NCBI RefSeq assembly: GCF_006345805.1
Contig: NW_021828041.1
Location: 1-35,667 of the forward strand
Length of the DNA stretch: 35,667 nt
Direction of reading: 5' to 3'
Source of the DNA: Octopus sinensis
Lineage: Eukaryota
Program-made: the position numbers and the translations under genes
The notes under the pieces: model-generated
Told to the model about the DNA's origin: nothing
Databases searched by the model: none
The model's input: the letters and a program-made list of their open reading frames with translations, nothing else
Part shown: positions 34,179-35,667 of the stretch, piece after piece
How positions within the stretch are numbered: position 1 is the first letter of the stretch
Layout: every line of letters starts with the position of its first letter

Positions 34179-34617
34179 TTTACTTGTTTCAGCCATTATA
34201 CTAAGGCCATGCTGGAGCACCGCATGAATCGAGCGGCGTACACTTTTAAAGCCTGGTACCTATTCTATTATTCTCTGTTGCTGAACCGTAAGCACATAAA
34301 CGCTCGTTGTCAAGCGGTAGTGGGGAACATACACAAATACACACTTATTCTATGTATGTATGTATGTGTGTATGTATGTATGTATGTATGTATGTATGTA
34401 TGTATGTATGTATGTATGTATGTATCTATCTATCTATCTATCTATCTATTTATGTGTGTGTGTGTGTGTGTGTGTGTATACGATGGCTTCTTTCAATTTC
34501 CCTCTACCAAATCCAATCACAAGGCTTTGGTCGGTACTTGCCCAAGGCACCACGGAGTGAGTCTGAACCCGGAACCATGTGATTGAGAAGCAAACTTCTT
34601 ACCACACAGCCATATCC
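34179..34617 (-). mobile_element. Near-complete SINE family C with internal (TATG)/(TCTA)/(TG) microsatellite
   Basis: Tail tttacttgtttcagccatt..ggccatgctggagcaccgc; body caagcggtagtgggg; head cttgcccaagg..ctgaacccggaaccatgtg..cttcttaccacacagccat. Confidence 0.85.
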
Positions 34618-34979
34618 GTAGAGTAATAAAGTGGTGAAGAAACTACAAATACGTGGAAGTAAGCAAAGAGAAGGAAGAGGTAGAACGACACAAAAGAAAT
34701 GGAGGAAAAGAATGTACGGAGTGAAGAAGTATAGACTTGGAGGTACGATAAAGAAATAGGGAGGAATAGCAGGGAATAGGAAGAAGGAGGAAAACTGGAG
34801 GAGGAGAAGGAAGAGGAGAAGGAAGGGGATGATGCTAATAAGAAGTAACCGATCCGTTGGTTAAAGTTAACTTTACATACAATAACATTATGTAGAATGC
34901 GAGTGCTTATGAGGGAGAAGTGTGAAGGCAAATAAGGAAGTGTACCATGTATATTTATGTAATTAACGGAGCGAGTGAC

Positions 34980-35441
34980 GAGAGACAGAAAATGAGGGAC
35001 AGAAAGAAAAAGAAAGAGAGAAAGAGGTATAGAGAAAGTGAAAGAGAATACGGGAGAAAAAGAGAGGGAGGAAATGATAGAGGGACTGAGAGGTAGTGAG
35101 AGAGAAAGAGACACAGAGAAAAACAGACATAGAGAAAGACAAAGTGGAAGAGAGAAAGAGAGAGAGAGAGAGAAGGAAGGAACTAAATGGGAAAAACAGA
35201 GGGAGAGAGAGAAAAACAGAGATAGAGAAAAAGAAAGAGAGTGAGAGAAAAAGAGAGGAGGGAGAGAGAAAGGGTGAGAATGAGAGAGGAGCGAGATACA
35301 GAAAGAGATTAAGAGAACAAGTTAGAGAGAGAGAGAGAATAGAGGTAGAGAGGTAGTGGAATAGCAGAGAAAGACTGAGAGATAAAGACAGAGAAACGAA
35401 GATAGAGTGAAAGAAAGAGAGAAAGAGAGTGAGAGATAGAG

Positions 35442-35481
<40 letters not shown>

Positions 35482-35655
35482 CTGGGAACTGAAGGAAGGG
35501 AAGAAGTTTATTATTAGATTATGCAGAGGTTAAAGATAAAAGACGAGAAAGGAAAAGAGACGCGGTTATAGTAAAGTAAAGTAAAAAAAGTAAAAGGAGA
35601 AAGTGAGCCAGACATAGAGAGAAAAGGAGAGAGAGAGAGGGAGGGAGAGAGAGAT
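34980..35655. repeat. Purine-rich GA low-complexity tract
   Basis: Nearly pyrimidine-poor plus strand with (GA)n runs; source of the E/R/K-rich ORFs. Confidence 0.9.
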
Positions 35656-35667
35656 TCAGTGTTACAG

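Overview
AT-rich, extremely microsatellite-dense animal (metazoan) genomic DNA with no recognisable host protein-coding gene; almost all ORFs in the track are microsatellite read-through artefacts. The tRNA-derived SINE families and repeat style resemble those I know from octopus/coleoid cephalopod genomes (inference from memory, not searched). Supported content: a full-length IR/DR-type Tc1 transposon with an open DD34E transposase frame (30704-32333); an internally deleted DUF4817-type Tc1/mariner (9112-9966); a non-autonomous Helitron with both diagnostic ends and a PIF1-helicase C-terminal relic (19850-20808); two 5'-truncated R4/Dong-like RLE LINEs, both sitting in (TAA)n tracts; two or three RTE-clade LINE relics; Penelope-like relics (GIY-YIG C-terminus and terminal repeats); about 20 SINE copies from about four families. 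The most notable unexplained structures are a complete-looking type I hammerhead ribozyme (13737-13797), an inverted pair of minimal hammerheads bracketing a nested LINE (25196-27090), a minisatellite with 19 perfect CRE palindromes in a 7-unit higher-order repeat (6300-7120), and a near-perfect 234-bp foldback (13963-14196). All coordinates were read by eye.
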